The notes: generated by a model not told the origin, from the letters alone. Positions 37,007 to 47,108 are shown, numbered from the stretch's first letter. The stretch is DNA of 64,000 nt from Anaerolineaceae bacterium (GCA_038562515.1 JBCFBG010000001.1:17310-81309); one strand, 5' to 3'. Numbers and translations: made by a program.

Positions 37007-37654
37007 ATGAACAATATGACCTTTTATGGAAAGTCCTTGCTCTTTCTGGGTGCACACCCGGATGATATCGAACTGGGTTGCGGTGCTTTGTTGGCTGATT
37101 TGGCAGATCAGGCGGATGTCTTCTGCATGACTTTTTCTGACAATAAGAAGAACCCGGATCTGCAAAACCTGCAAAATGAACATTACAACAGCATGCATGT
37201 TTTGGGTTTGAAGGATCACCAAATCGGGTTAGGCAGTTACGAAACCCGCCGTTTCCCCGACTTTCGCCAGGAAATGCTTCAGGACATGCTCACTCTTCGT
37301 AAAAAATACCAACCTGAAATTGTTTTTGTCAATACACCCAAGGATATCCATCAGGATCATCAAACGTTGACCGAAGAAGCAACTCGTGCTTTTCGTGGGA
37401 CGACCGTCTTAGGTTACGACGTATTGCGTAGCAGTTTTGGTTTCTTCCCTCATTTTCTGGCAGAGGTCAGCGAAAAAGCAGTGGAAACAAAAATAGCGGC
37501 CCTGGCTGAATATACTACCTATTCGGGTCGCTATTACTTTGCTCCGGAAATTATTCGCGCAACCGCGATTCGTCATGGCGCTTTAGCCGAACGTCCTTAC
37601 GCGGAAGGCTTTGATATTATCCGGATTGTAGGACAATTCTCTAAAACAAATTAA
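37007..37654 (+). CDS. PIG-L/LmbE family deacetylase
   Basis: 215 aa. Motifs GAHPDDIELGCG and HQDH. Confidence 0.8.
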   Translation: MNNMTFYGKSLLFLGAHPDDIELGCGALLADLADQADVFCMTFSDNKKNPDLQNLQNEHYNSMHVLGLKDHQIGLGSYETRRFPDFRQEMLQDMLTLRKKYQPEIVFVNTPKDIHQDHQTLTEEATRAFRGTTVLGYDVLRSSFGFFPHFLAEVSEKAVETKIAALAEYTTYSGRYYFAPEIIRATAIRHGALAERPYAEGFDIIRIVGQFSKTN

Positions 37655-37961
37655 GACTGTCCAGATCGAGTTCTTCGAGGGGGTCGACTTTCTTCTTTTT
37701 GTAAACGTAAGGTCGTAAATTTGCTGAGTCAAGCGGGAACCAGAGGATTCGGTCTGGCACCATCCAACCGTCGGTCAAGTAAACATTTTCTCTGAACTGA
37801 ACAGCGATTAATTTATTTTCAAATTGGACGACGGTTCCTTTGAGCCAATCGCGGATCCGTTGCCCATCGGCGTCCTCGTGATCGCAAAAAACTTCTACCC
37901 GATCGCCGATCTTGTAGACATCTTCTTCATCAGGTGCTCGCATGTAATTTGTGCTTCTCAT
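37641..37961 (-). CDS. hypothetical 106-aa protein downstream of sufD
   Basis: Strong GGAGGAG RBS. Lies 28 nt after the sufD stop on the same strand. No recognisable motif; an SH3/Tudor-like beta-rich core is a guess. Confidence 0.55.
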   Translation of the reverse strand: MRSTNYMRAPDEEDVYKIGDRVEVFCDHEDADGQRIRDWLKGTVVQFENKLIAVQFRENVYLTDGWMVPDRILWFPLDSANLRPYVYKKKKVDPLEELDLDSLNLF

Positions 37962-37989
37962 AATTCTTGTTTCTCCTCCTAGCCCTGTC

Positions 37990-39282
37990 TTACAAACTCA
38001 TTCTATTCATCAATTGGTCAATTAATTCCTTGCGCGATGTTTCCAACGCGAAAGATTGGATAACTTGGTTGCAAAAGCCTTCAACGATTAACAACTCGGC
38101 TTCCTTTATCGGTATTCCTCTTGCCTGCAGATAGTAAAGCTCTTCTGCATCAATGTTCCCCATGGTGGCACCGTGTGAGCATTTGACATCATCGTTATGG
38201 ATCTCGAGACCTGGCACCGATTTTACATCCGCGCTTTCATCCAAAATCAGGTTTTTGTTGCTTTGGTAGGCATCCGTTTTTCTGGCATTAATATCGACAT
38301 AGATCATTCCATGCCAGATTGAACGACCTTCCTGCCTGGCAACACTTTTGAATAACAGATTGCTGTAGGTTTGCTCAGCCCAATGGTTTTGACGTGTATC
38401 CAGGTTAATCACTTGACCAGCTGATGGGAACATGATGCCGTTCACATTCGCCTGGCTGCCTTTGCCTTCCATCTCAACCCTGATGAAGTTCTTACTGGTA
38501 CCGCCACCAACGGCAGCATAGTTCCATTGCAACTGTGCGTCAGCACCCAGGCAGGCTAACTCATGGGTAATATTCCAGGCGTTCAAGTCAAACTGCTGGC
38601 GCTCATCCAGGTGGAGATCGCTGCGATCGCCCAAATTCACTTGTAGAATGCCATTATGCAAACCACTTTGAGCAATAAAGTCATTTACCCAAACCAATTC
38701 CAATTTTATTTTGGTGTCATCTTCCAGCCAGATCAAGTTCCTCGTAAATGCAGCCTGATTATCCAGGGATACGTTCAAAAAACACTGTACGACGCCTTCA
38801 ACACTGACACCGCGGGGCACATAGACTACCAAACCGTCGTTGGCAAGAGCAGATGGCAAGGCTTCAAACAAATCTTCGCTGACCATCGCGTGGTCTGCTA
38901 AAAGTTTGACTGCCAACCCAGATTTGGAAGCAAAAAGCTGCTTCAACGTGGTAACCACCACGCCCTTCGGAAGTGGGGTGGTCACTAAACGGTGTTCTTC
39001 ATCTTCATGCACATGCCGGACATCCAGGCGAATCGGGCTGCTTTTAGCGTTGAGCTCCAGGCTTTCCAAATCAAGCTCTTTGAAATCCATCCAGCGCCAA
39101 CTCTCGTCTTTTCGGCTGGGAAACTCTTTGGTTGAGGCGAAAGCCCAGGCTGACATCAGTTGAGGTTGCAACTCCAGTGGGTAGTTTGAACGGTTATCCT
39201 GAAAAACGTTTTCCCAGGAAGCCGGCAACTCATTTTCCGCAAATATTTGGTAAGGGGAGTTTGCTGTTATCGCCATAATCAC
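37990..39282 (-). CDS. sufD: Fe-S cluster assembly protein SufD
   Basis: 430 aa. C-terminal beta-helix region ...[23 protein letters not shown]. Overlaps the sufB stop. Confidence 0.9.
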   Translation of the reverse strand: MIMAITANSPYQIFAENELPASWENVFQDNRSNYPLELQPQLMSAWAFASTKEFPSRKDESWRWMDFKELDLESLELNAKSSPIRLDVRHVHEDEEHRLVTTPLPKGVVVTTLKQLFASKSGLAVKLLADHAMVSEDLFEALPSALANDGLVVYVPRGVSVEGVVQCFLNVSLDNQAAFTRNLIWLEDDTKIKLELVWVNDFIAQSGLHNGILQVNLGDRSDLHLDERQQFDLNAWNITHELACLGADAQLQWNYAAVGGGTSKNFIRVEMEGKGSQANVNGIMFPSAGQVINLDTRQNHWAEQTYSNLLFKSVARQEGRSIWHGMIYVDINARKTDAYQSNKNLILDESADVKSVPGLEIHNDDVKCSHGATMGNIDAEELYYLQARGIPIKEAELLIVEGFCNQVIQSFALETSRKELIDQLMNRMSL

Positions 39283-40694
39283 CCTACCGACCCGACCATC
39301 TGCAGTTGGATTAGTTTGTTCATCTCTACGGCGTACTCCATAGGCAATTCTTTTACAAGGGGCTCGATGAAGCCCGAGACGATCATCGTAGTGGCTTCTT
39401 CCTCACTTAATCCGCGGCTGGTGAGGTAAAACAGTTGCTCTTCACCCACTTTGCTTACGGAAGCTTCATGACCAATGCTGACGTCAGAAGAACCCGAGTC
39501 AATGGTTGGCCATGTATCGGTGCGTGATTCCGGGTCCAGCAAAAGCGCATCACAGACCACGTTGGATCGAACATTTTTCAAGTTTCGGGCAACTTTTACG
39601 AGACCACGATAGGATGCTTGCCCATTACCTCGTGAAATCGACTTCGAAGTAATTTTGCTGCTTGTGTTGGAAGCAAAATGTACCATCTTTGATCCCGCGT
39701 CCTGAATTTGACCAGGTCCGGCAAACGCGACTGAGAGCATCTCTCCGTGAGCACCTTCTCCACGCAGGTAGCAGGAGGGGTATTTCATCGTGACTTTCGA
39801 GCCCAGGTTGGCATCCACCCACTCCATCGTGCCGTTCTCAAAAACCGAAGCACGCTGTGTGACCAGGTTATAAACATTGGTTGACCAGTTCTGAATCGTA
39901 GAGTAACGTACGCGGGCGTTTTTTTTGACAACGATTTCGATTACACCGCTGTGATAGGATTCTGTGGTGTAAGTCGGGGCAGTACAGCCCTCCACATAGT
40001 GCACCTGGGAACCCTCATCGGCTATGATCAATGTACGCTCAAACTGACCAATGCTGGCATTGTTCAATCGGAAATACGCTTGCAAAGGCAAGTCCACTTT
40101 GACACCTTTGGGAACGTAAACAAAGGACCCACCGGACCAAACCGCGCTGTTCAACGCTGAAAATTTGTTATCCTGAATCGGCACAACCGTTGAAAAATAT
40201 TCTTTGAATAGATCCGGATATTGCTTAAGTCCATTTTCGATACTTAAAAAGATGACGCCTTGTTTTTCAAGATGTTCATTGATGTTGTGATAAACCATTT
40301 CAGAATCGTATTGTGCGCCGACACCTGCCAGGTATTTCTGTTCAGCTTCTGGCAGTCCCAAACGGTCAAAAGTGTTCTTGATTGTCTCTGGAACATCATC
40401 CCAGGATTTCTGGTCGATTTCTTCGGGTCGTACATAAAAATAAATTTCGTCCAGGTTTAACCCACTTAGATCAGGCCCCCAGTTGGGCATCGGTCGTTCA
40501 AGAAAATGACGGTAAGCTTTGAGTCGAAATTCAAGCATCCAAGCAGGTTCTTCCTTGAAGGCTGAAATTTGGTGAATTACCTCCTCGTCCAGCCCTTTTC
40601 TGCTCTTGAAACTTGAAAGGTCTGGGTCGAAGAACCCATGTTCATAGTCCTTGCTCAGGTTTGCAAGCAAATCCTTATTATTCGAATCTGTCAT
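39279..40694 (-). CDS. sufB: Fe-S cluster assembly scaffold SufB
   Basis: 471 aa with typical SufB C-terminal region ...[21 protein letters not shown]. Confidence 0.95.
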   Translation of the reverse strand: MTDSNNKDLLANLSKDYEHGFFDPDLSSFKSRKGLDEEVIHQISAFKEEPAWMLEFRLKAYRHFLERPMPNWGPDLSGLNLDEIYFYVRPEEIDQKSWDDVPETIKNTFDRLGLPEAEQKYLAGVGAQYDSEMVYHNINEHLEKQGVIFLSIENGLKQYPDLFKEYFSTVVPIQDNKFSALNSAVWSGGSFVYVPKGVKVDLPLQAYFRLNNASIGQFERTLIIADEGSQVHYVEGCTAPTYTTESYHSGVIEIVVKKNARVRYSTIQNWSTNVYNLVTQRASVFENGTMEWVDANLGSKVTMKYPSCYLRGEGAHGEMLSVAFAGPGQIQDAGSKMVHFASNTSSKITSKSISRGNGQASYRGLVKVARNLKNVRSNVVCDALLLDPESRTDTWPTIDSGSSDVSIGHEASVSKVGEEQLFYLTSRGLSEEEATTMIVSGFIEPLVKELPMEYAVEMNKLIQLQMVGSVG

Positions 40695-40696
40695 TG

Positions 40697-41485
40697 TTAG
40701 CCTTGCGCCTGAATGCCATCTGAATTGTCAAATTCATCTCTGACCCAGTCATAGCCATGTTCTTCCAGCTTCAAAGCCAGTTCAGGTCCACCAGTCTCAA
40801 CGATTCTTCCGTCAAAAAGGATATGCACGAAATCGGGTTTGATGTAGTTCAGCAAGCGTTGATAGTGCGTGATCACCAGAATGCCAAGGTTGTCACTTGC
40901 CAACGAGTTAACACCCTCTGAAACAATTCTTATCGCGTCAATATCGAGCCCGGAGTCAGTTTCATCCAGAATGGCAAATTTAGGTTCAAGCATGGCCAGT
41001 TGCAGCACCTCTGCGCGTTTCTTTTCCCCGCCAGAAAAGCCCTCATTCAGGTAACGACCACCGAAACTGTAGTCCATCTTGAGCATGTCCATTTTGGCTT
41101 TCATCTTTTTGCGGAAATCGACCAAAGAAATACCCTTTGAAGCGGGATCGTGTGCCTTTAGTTTTGCGTTGACGGCAACTCTTAAGAAATTTGCTAACGT
41201 AACACCTGGAATCGCAATAGGATATTGAAAAGCCAGGAAAATCCCCTTATGCGAGCGTTCATCGACTGCTAAAGAAGTGATGTCTTCTCCGTCTAAAAGG
41301 ATCTGCCCTTCAACAATTTCATTCTTAGGATGGCCCATGATAGCGTTCGAGAGTGTCGATTTGCCGGCACCATTAGGTCCCATTAACGCATGAACTTCTC
41401 CCTGGTTGATCGTCAGGTTAAAGCCTCTGATAATTTCTTGACCGCCAACATTGACATACAGGTTCTTGATTTCTAAGGTAGACAT
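40697..41485 (-). CDS. sufC: Fe-S cluster assembly ATPase SufC
   Basis: Walker [31 protein letters not shown] 41485 (MSTLEIKNL) has a GAGGAAA RBS. The ORF-track extension to 41557 covers the promoter. Confidence 0.95.
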   Translation of the reverse strand: MSTLEIKNLYVNVGGQEIIRGFNLTINQGEVHALMGPNGAGKSTLSNAIMGHPKNEIVEGQILLDGEDITSLAVDERSHKGIFLAFQYPIAIPGVTLANFLRVAVNAKLKAHDPASKGISLVDFRKKMKAKMDMLKMDYSFGGRYLNEGFSGGEKKRAEVLQLAMLEPKFAILDETDSGLDIDAIRIVSEGVNSLASDNLGILVITHYQRLLNYIKPDFVHILFDGRIVETGGPELALKLEEHGYDWVRDEFDNSDGIQAQG

Positions 41486-41528
41486 ACAGGTATTTTCCTC
41501 GATAATTCTGTTAAAAATGACTGGCGGG

Positions 41529-41557
41529 ATTATAGCAGATCGAGAAGGCAAAGTCAA
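41529..41557 (-). promoter_or_regulatory. near-consensus sigma70 promoter of sufCBD
   Basis: Minus strand: TTGACT (41552-41557), 17 nt, TATAAT (41529-41534). A perfect 12-bp palindrome AAACTATAGTTT at 41569-41580 lies just upstream of the -35. Confidence 0.6.
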
Positions 41558-41731
41558 TTTATTATAGAAAACTATAGTTTATTAACATTCCCACCTACGC
41601 TGGACAATCATTGTTATTTCCCCGGCTGATATACTATAATAAGATAAGAACAGAGAATTTTTGCTGTTCACTAATAACAGTGTGAAGAAATTCATCTACT
41701 CAAATCAAAGTATAAGGAGCAAAAAAAAATT

Positions 41732-42274
41732 ATGGCAGACCAGAAAAAAGGAATTTTCGGAAAACTTTTCGGAAAAAAAGACGAAGCAAAAGACAAGATT
41801 GAAGAAGTTGCAAAAGACATAAAATCAGAGGCAGAAATTGCGGCAGAGAATGCCAAGCGCGTTGCCGAAGCAGCACAAAAGAAAGCAGAATCCGAAGCCC
41901 GCAAGGCTGAATATGAAGCCCAAAAATTTGCCGACGAAGCTAAAGCCAAGTTGGAAGAAGCAAGGCTTGAAGCTCGCGAAAAACTGGAAGAAGCTAAGGA
42001 AGCCGCCAAGGACAAACTTGAAGAGTTGGGCTCCAAGCGAGACAATCTTGCCAAGGACATGGCCGAGAAAGCTGCCGCAGCATATATCGATAATTATACC
42101 GTCCAGGCCAACGACACACTCAGCCACATCGCAAATCGTTTCTATGGCAAATCCGGACCTGCTTATTACACCCTCATCTACGAACACAACAAAGATGTGA
42201 TCGGTGGGAATATGAACCTTATCAAACCCGGTCAGGTTCTACGCATCCCCGCTCTGCCTGACGAACTGAAATAG
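41732..42274 (+). CDS. LysM-domain protein with K/E/A-rich coiled-coil N-terminus, no signal peptide
   Basis: 180 aa. C-terminal LysM YTVQANDTLSHIANRFYG...IKPGQVLRIP. The N-terminal 110 aa are low-complexity helical. Confidence 0.8.
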   Translation: MADQKKGIFGKLFGKKDEAKDKIEEVAKDIKSEAEIAAENAKRVAEAAQKKAESEARKAEYEAQKFADEAKAKLEEARLEAREKLEEAKEAAKDKLEELGSKRDNLAKDMAEKAAAAYIDNYTVQANDTLSHIANRFYGKSGPAYYTLIYEHNKDVIGGNMNLIKPGQVLRIPALPDELK

Positions 42275-42290
42275 GCAGAGGCACGTTTCG

Positions 42291-43211
42291 ATGACCGAAG
42301 AACTTAACCTAAGTACTGTTTTCAAAGAGATCACAAAAGTACTGGCGACAAACCGTCAGCAACTGGATGATGCCGACGAATACAACCATAACCATGGCAG
42401 TAACATGGTGCATACTTTCAACCTGATCCAACAAGCAGTGGCGAGCAAAGAAACCGAACCTGCTTCAGAGCAGCTCGCTTTTGCAAGCAAAATCTTGGCA
42501 GATCAGAGCACCGGAAGCACAGCGCAAATTTATGCGGAAGGGCTTGCCAAAGCTTCTCAGGAATTTGTTGGCAAGGATTTCAACGCTTCAACCGCTGGTA
42601 CCCTCATTAACTCTATGATGGGGATGGGCGGAGGTACCGAACGAGGTGCCGGTGATTTCCTTTCCACGCTTTTAGGCTCACTTTCAAAGCCTGAGGCTCA
42701 GCAAGAAACCGCGGCTCCAGCACCAGCCCAGCCAACCGATCTTTTTGGATCGTTAATTGGCAACCTGACAGCCCAACAACCAGTCGATACAACACCCAGC
42801 CAACCTGATGTAAGTGATCTGTTGGGAGGACTGCTTGGTGGTATGACTGGTCAACAACAAACCCCTGCAACGAGCAATCAGCCTGACGCAAGTGATTTAT
42901 TGGGTGGATTGCTTGGTGGGCTGACTGGTTCAGATTCAAGTTCATCACAATCAAATTCTGGTGGAATCGGCGACCTGGTAGGCAGTTTGCTTGGTGGTCA
43001 ATCCAGTGGAAGTCAGAGCTCCGGACTTGACGCTAAGGATCTGTTATCACTTGGTTTAGCCTATTTTGCCGCCAAACAAAGCGGACAGTCCAACCTGCAA
43101 GCAATTATGCAAGCTTTGGCATCTGCCAGCCCGCTGGGAAAAAGGCAAGACCAGCAGCAATCAGGCGCACTGGTGATTAACACTATCCTGAATATGCTCG
43201 GTAAAAAGTAA
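42291..43211 (+). CDS. hypothetical protein: degenerate DhaL/DAK2-like N-terminus plus G/L/S/Q-rich repeats
   Basis: 306 aa. LDDADEYNHNHGSNM resembles the DhaL LDxxIGDxDHGxNM motif. Tandem PD(V/A)SDLLGGLLGG(M/L)TG repeats. Confidence 0.55.
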   Translation: MTEELNLSTVFKEITKVLATNRQQLDDADEYNHNHGSNMVHTFNLIQQAVASKETEPASEQLAFASKILADQSTGSTAQIYAEGLAKASQEFVGKDFNASTAGTLINSMMGMGGGTERGAGDFLSTLLGSLSKPEAQQETAAPAPAQPTDLFGSLIGNLTAQQPVDTTPSQPDVSDLLGGLLGGMTGQQQTPATSNQPDASDLLGGLLGGLTGSDSSSSQSNSGGIGDLVGSLLGGQSSGSQSSGLDAKDLLSLGLAYFAAKQSGQSNLQAIMQALASASPLGKRQDQQQSGALVINTILNMLGKK

Positions 43212-43234
43212 AAATCGTTTACGTTTTGGATTTA

Positions 43235-43259
43235 CCCCTCTTTTTAGAGGGGTTTTTTC
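43235..43259 (+). terminator. intrinsic terminator
   Basis: CCCCTC-TTTTTA-GAGGGG followed by TTTTTT. Confidence 0.8.
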
Positions 43260-43474
43260 TTTAATTCTCTCCTGGTTGCCAACTTGAGCAAAGCAAAGTT
43301 GGGATTAACCTTTTAACAACGGTAAATTTGGGCAGTTGGTTCAGGAAATCAAAACCTCGCTGAGGATTTACACAGCACAACCATTGGCTTGCGATTTGCC
43401 TTACGGAGGGTACTGAGCACGGCTGACTCAGATGACAGAATTTTCAGCTGCCCACCAGCGAAAGACTTGTAATT

Positions 43475-43509
43475 CAAAAAGAAAGCCCTTTGAGACTGCT
43501 CAAAGGGCT
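43475..43509 (-). terminator. intrinsic terminator of the DUF4332 gene
   Basis: 11-bp stem AGCCCTTTGAG / CTCAAAGGGCT followed by a U-rich tract on the minus strand. Confidence 0.8.
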
Positions 43510-43520
43510 ATGTATTCGGT

Positions 43521-43925
43521 TTAGTAGAAAACGCCGCGAGGCATATCCTTAGCCTGGTGGACCCAATCCTCAACCATTTTTTGGGATGGTGGACGGCGAA
43601 CAAGTTTTTTCGCTTCGTTCACTTCCAAAATCTTTTTAAACAGGTTTTCGGGGTTGCGAGTAGCCAGCTCAACTACAGTATCGACACCGGCTTCTTCGAG
43701 CAGGTCTGAATATTCTTCTCCAACGCCCTTGATGCGATAGAGGTCAGCATGATTGACCCATTCAAGGATCAGATCATAACTAATACCAGCCTTCTCAGCC
43801 AATTCCTGGCGACCCTTGGGTTGCGCTCCGGCTTTGAGCAGTGCCTCTACAGAGCTGATCCCAGCTTCCTGTAGCTTTGCGGCGTATGCTGGTCCAATAC
43901 CTTCAATATCCATAATTTTTGTCAT
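43521..43925 (-). CDS. DUF4332-type helix-hairpin-helix protein
   Basis: 134 aa. Repeated IEGIGPAYAAKL / IKGVGEEYSDLL HhH-like motifs. Confidence 0.65.
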   Translation of the reverse strand: MTKIMDIEGIGPAYAAKLQEAGISSVEALLKAGAQPKGRQELAEKAGISYDLILEWVNHADLYRIKGVGEEYSDLLEEAGVDTVVELATRNPENLFKKILEVNEAKKLVRRPPSQKMVEDWVHQAKDMPRGVFY

Positions 43926-44112
43926 GATTTTCTCCTTTTGGTAAGAATTCGATTAAAAAATTATAGCACAGCAATATAATTGCAATCCAGCAACTTATCC
44001 AACATTGTGAGCCAAAGCAACAAGAAAAACATGGATCATCAGATTACTTCCCGTTTAAGGTTGGATTTCAGCAGACCCATCTCAATGGTATACTGGCAAT
44101 TCAGTAAATACT

Positions 44113-44727
44113 ATGAAAAACATCCGAGAACTACTTTTAAAGACACTGGCTGTTACAAGGTTGGCAACCATCAGCAGCCTGGCTGCGCAATTGGAAATCA
44201 ATCCGATTACGGTTCGTAGCCACCTCCAAACCATGGAGCTAGAAGGTCTGATCAAGTCCAGCGAAAGACGGCATGGAGTTGGGCGTCCGCACGTGGTTTA
44301 CCAGTTGACAAACGCAGGTCAGGAAGAAGTAGCTTCCAAATATCGCTTTCTTGCCGAGAGCCTGATAGCATCGATTAAGCAGCACCTTGGCAGCGAGGGT
44401 CTGGTTGATACGTTGGAGACGATCGGTCAAGAAATGGCAAGAGCGCAAAATCTCGAATCCAATCCAAACCTGTCAGAATGGATGGACAGTTTTTGCGACT
44501 TGATGGCTGAGCAAGGCTACCAGGTTGATTGGGAAATGAAGGATAACCGGGTTTACATTCACAGTGCCAGCTGTCCTTATCATCATTTGAAACAGACCTA
44601 CCCAGAAATCTGCTCCTTGGATCGTTCCCTTTTCTCGCACCTGTTGGCAACGGATTTGCGTTTCGAAAATGCCTTATCAGCTAAAGGCTCAGCTTGTATA
44701 TATTCTTACGAGGTAATAAATGACTGA
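44113..44727 (+). CDS. winged-helix transcriptional regulator, SufR-like
   Basis: 204 aa. N-terminal HTH (ISSLAAQLEINPITVRSHLQTMELEGLI). Four Cys in the C-terminal half, including C-x12-C. Overlaps the start of a DUF59 gene. Confidence 0.55.
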   Translation: MKNIRELLLKTLAVTRLATISSLAAQLEINPITVRSHLQTMELEGLIKSSERRHGVGRPHVVYQLTNAGQEEVASKYRFLAESLIASIKQHLGSEGLVDTLETIGQEMARAQNLESNPNLSEWMDSFCDLMAEQGYQVDWEMKDNRVYIHSASCPYHHLKQTYPEICSLDRSLFSHLLATDLRFENALSAKGSACIYSYEVIND

Positions 44728-45064
44728 ACATCAACCAGCAATCTGGGATATTGACCAGACTCACCCCCAATTTCATGACGACTTGGTAATCGGACTTTCG
44801 GGTCTGGTCGACCAGGAAATCGGTCTCTCCTTTATCGAACTTGGATTAATCCGCAACATTCAGATAGAAGCGGACAAAGTCAAAGTGAGCATGGTCCTCA
44901 CCACACCGTTCTGCCCTTACGGACCAGAAATGATCAGCGACACCCAGGCGTTGGTCGAGAAAATCATCGAACTTCCGACCACCGTCGAATTGACCAGCGA
45001 AATGTGGAGCCCCGCTATGATGGACGAAGAACTCCGGGATTCCGACTGGGGACTTTTCCCGTAG
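44720..45064 (+). CDS. DUF59 / SufT-like Fe-S assembly protein
   Basis: 114 aa. LTTPFCPYGP motif of the MIP18/DUF59 family. GAGG RBS. Confidence 0.75.
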   Translation: MTEHQPAIWDIDQTHPQFHDDLVIGLSGLVDQEIGLSFIELGLIRNIQIEADKVKVSMVLTTPFCPYGPEMISDTQALVEKIIELPTTVELTSEMWSPAMMDEELRDSDWGLFP

Positions 45065-45066
45065 AA

Positions 45067-45384
45067 TTATCTCAACAGATCGAGAAGTTTCATTGCCAGC
45101 GCCATATCGCCAGCGACTTTTACCTTGCCTGTCATAAAAGCGCCTACCGGATTCAGTTCGCCACGCATCAACTTGAGTGCATTTGCCGAGCTGGCTTTAA
45201 TGATCAACTGGGGTTTGGCAAGCTGTCCGGGCACGACAAGGACCTTTCCGTCATCCACCGACACGCCCCAATCGCCGCCCCCCTCACCCGAAAGAGAAAA
45301 TTGCAGAAGCGCATGGATGCCTTTGGTCTTTTCAAGATCGATCTGGTTGGGCATATTGTTTATAAAATCTGAGAATTTTTCCAT
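45067..45384 (-). CDS. SCP2 sterol-binding-domain protein
   Basis: 105 aa. LMRGELNPVGAFMTGKVKVAGDMALAMKL is the SCP2 C-terminal signature. Confidence 0.75.
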   Translation of the reverse strand: MEKFSDFINNMPNQIDLEKTKGIHALLQFSLSGEGGGDWGVSVDDGKVLVVPGQLAKPQLIIKASSANALKLMRGELNPVGAFMTGKVKVAGDMALAMKLLDLLR

Positions 45385-45500
45385 TTATTACCTCCCATTC
45401 ATTTTACTCGTGGATTAGTTGGAGTGTAAACCACGAAGTTATTGTATAATATCAGTAGGACAGAAAAGAATCTGTCAACCAAGATTTATAAGGAGAAATA

Positions 45501-45659
45501 ATGGACAAATACGAATGCATCGCCTGTGGATACATTTACGACCCCGAGCTCGGTGATCCCACTGCCGACATCGCACCCGGTACTGCTTTTGAAGACTTGC
45601 CAGACGATTGGGTATGCCCCGATTGCGGCGTTGGTAAAGACCAGTTCGAAAAAATCTAA
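45501..45659 (+). CDS. rubredoxin
   Basis: 52-aa ORF absent from the track (below 60 aa): [52 protein letters not shown]. Two CxxCG knuckles. AAGGAGA RBS at 45490-45496 and a terminator downstream. Confidence 0.9.
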   Translation: MDKYECIACGYIYDPELGDPTADIAPGTAFEDLPDDWVCPDCGVGKDQFEKI

Positions 45660-45684
45660 ATCGAAAAATAACTCTAAATTGATG

Positions 45685-45709
45685 AAAAAGGCGCATTTTG
45701 CGTCTTTTT
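45685..45709 (+). terminator. intrinsic terminator after rubredoxin
   Basis: GGCGC-ATTTT-GCGTC hairpin followed by TTTTT. Confidence 0.6.
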
Positions 45710-45899
45710 CGCATTTTCTCCAAACAACTACAACTGAAACCCTCAGTTTTCGTTCTCAGACTTGTTGGCTGAGCAAAATTCTTCCTGCAGTTGGTATACT
45801 ATCCGCTACTGGGGGCATATGGGGAATGTGGAAATTTGCTCTCGTGAAATTCTGAAAATATAACATCTTAACACTGCCCTCAAGTCATCTCTTAAATAG

Positions 45900-45928
45900 T
45901 TGTTAACTTTTCAAAAAGGACGTATAAT
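45900..45928 (+). promoter_or_regulatory. putative promoter of the ABC ATPase gene
   Basis: TTGTTA (45900-45905), 17 nt, TATAAT (45923-45928). Confidence 0.45.
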
Positions 45929-45966
45929 TAGGTCACTATACTCGTTCAAGTTAGGAGGAATAAATT

Positions 45967-47094
45967 ATGGCAAGTGTAACGTACAATCATGTTTGGAAAA
46001 AGTATGGCGACGTTGTCGCCGTGCAAGATCTCAATCTTGCAATCGAGGACAAAGAGTTCCTGGTGTTGGTCGGTCCTTCCGGCTGCGGTAAAACCACGGC
46101 TCTGCGCTGTTTAGCTGGCCTCGAAGAAATCACTGAAGGTGAAGTTCTGATTGGAGACCAGGTTGTCAATGATGTCGCGCCAAAAGACCGCGACATTGCA
46201 ATGGTGTTCCAGAGCTACGCCCTTTATCCCCATATGTCCGTTTACGACAACATGGCCTTTGGGCTCAAGCTTCGCAAGCTTGATAAAGCCGATATCGATC
46301 GCCGCGTGCAGGAATCTGCCCGCACCCTGGGTATCGAAGGTCTGTTGAAACGTAAACCAAAGGAACTCTCCGGTGGTCAACGTCAGCGCGTCGCAGTTGG
46401 TCGTGCTATCGTTCGTGAGCCTAAAGTATTCCTCTTCGATGAACCCCTCTCAAACCTTGATGCCAAATTGCGCGTTCAGACCCGTGCTGAGCTCTCTAAA
46501 CTGCACAAGCGCCTTGAGACCACCTTCATCTACGTCACCCATGACCAAACTGAAGCCATGACCATGGCAAGCCGAATTGCTGTTATGAACAAGGGTAAGC
46601 TGCAGCAACTGGATACCCCCCAGATGCTCTATGATCACCCCGCCAACCTTTTTGTGGCTGGATTCATTGGTTCACCTGCTATGAACTTCTTCAATGGTAA
46701 GGTCCTTGTTGAAGATGGTCAAATGTCAGTGGATATGGACACCTTCCGAGTAAAGGTTCCCCAACATTTGATGGCTCGCTACGAGACTGTGGTTGGAAAA
46801 GATATTATTTTTGGTATCCGCCCGGAAGATATTCACAAGCCAGAGTTTGCGCCTCCAGGTATCATCGCTGAACTTGTTGATGTAACCGTGGACGTGACGG
46901 AGTTGATGGGTAATGAAATCTTCCTGTACCTGGTCAATGGGACTCATAGCTTCACTGCCAGGGTTGACCCTCGCACCCAGGCCAAATTTGGAGATAAGCT
47001 GCAAGTTGCCTTCAATATGGACAACATCCACATCTTTGACCCAAGTCTCGACCCCGAGAACCCTCCTGTCGTTGGTGATCCGGCCATCGGATAA
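45967..47094 (+). CDS. sugar ABC transporter ATP-binding protein (MalK/MsmK/UgpC family)
   Basis: 375 aa. GPSGCGKTT, LSGGQRQR, LFDEPLSNLD, and a MalK-like C-terminal regulatory domain. No permease or binding protein is adjacent. Confidence 0.9.
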   Translation: MASVTYNHVWKKYGDVVAVQDLNLAIEDKEFLVLVGPSGCGKTTALRCLAGLEEITEGEVLIGDQVVNDVAPKDRDIAMVFQSYALYPHMSVYDNMAFGLKLRKLDKADIDRRVQESARTLGIEGLLKRKPKELSGGQRQRVAVGRAIVREPKVFLFDEPLSNLDAKLRVQTRAELSKLHKRLETTFIYVTHDQTEAMTMASRIAVMNKGKLQQLDTPQMLYDHPANLFVAGFIGSPAMNFFNGKVLVEDGQMSVDMDTFRVKVPQHLMARYETVVGKDIIFGIRPEDIHKPEFAPPGIIAELVDVTVDVTELMGNEIFLYLVNGTHSFTARVDPRTQAKFGDKLQVAFNMDNIHIFDPSLDPENPPVVGDPAIG

Positions 47095-47108
47095 TTTTTA
47101 TCGATTTG

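Noticed and set aside
41692-42060. 122-aa minus-strand ORF rich in S/A/L
   Set aside because: It is the antisense frame of the K/E/A-rich coiled-coil region of the LysM gene, a low-complexity mirror artefact. The same applies to 41825..42187 and 41838..42200.
43260-43474. Small RNA or peptide gene in the 215-nt gap between two convergent terminators
   Set aside because: Only a short hairpin (CCAACTT-N9-AAGTTGG near 43278-43300) and a 31-codon ORF without an RBS are present. There is no promoter/terminator pair, so evidence is insufficient.
45475-45855. ORFs 45475..45723 (-) and 45526..45855 (+)
   Set aside because: They overlap the well-supported 52-aa rubredoxin gene and its terminator in other frames. 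They have no RBS and basic, low-complexity translations.
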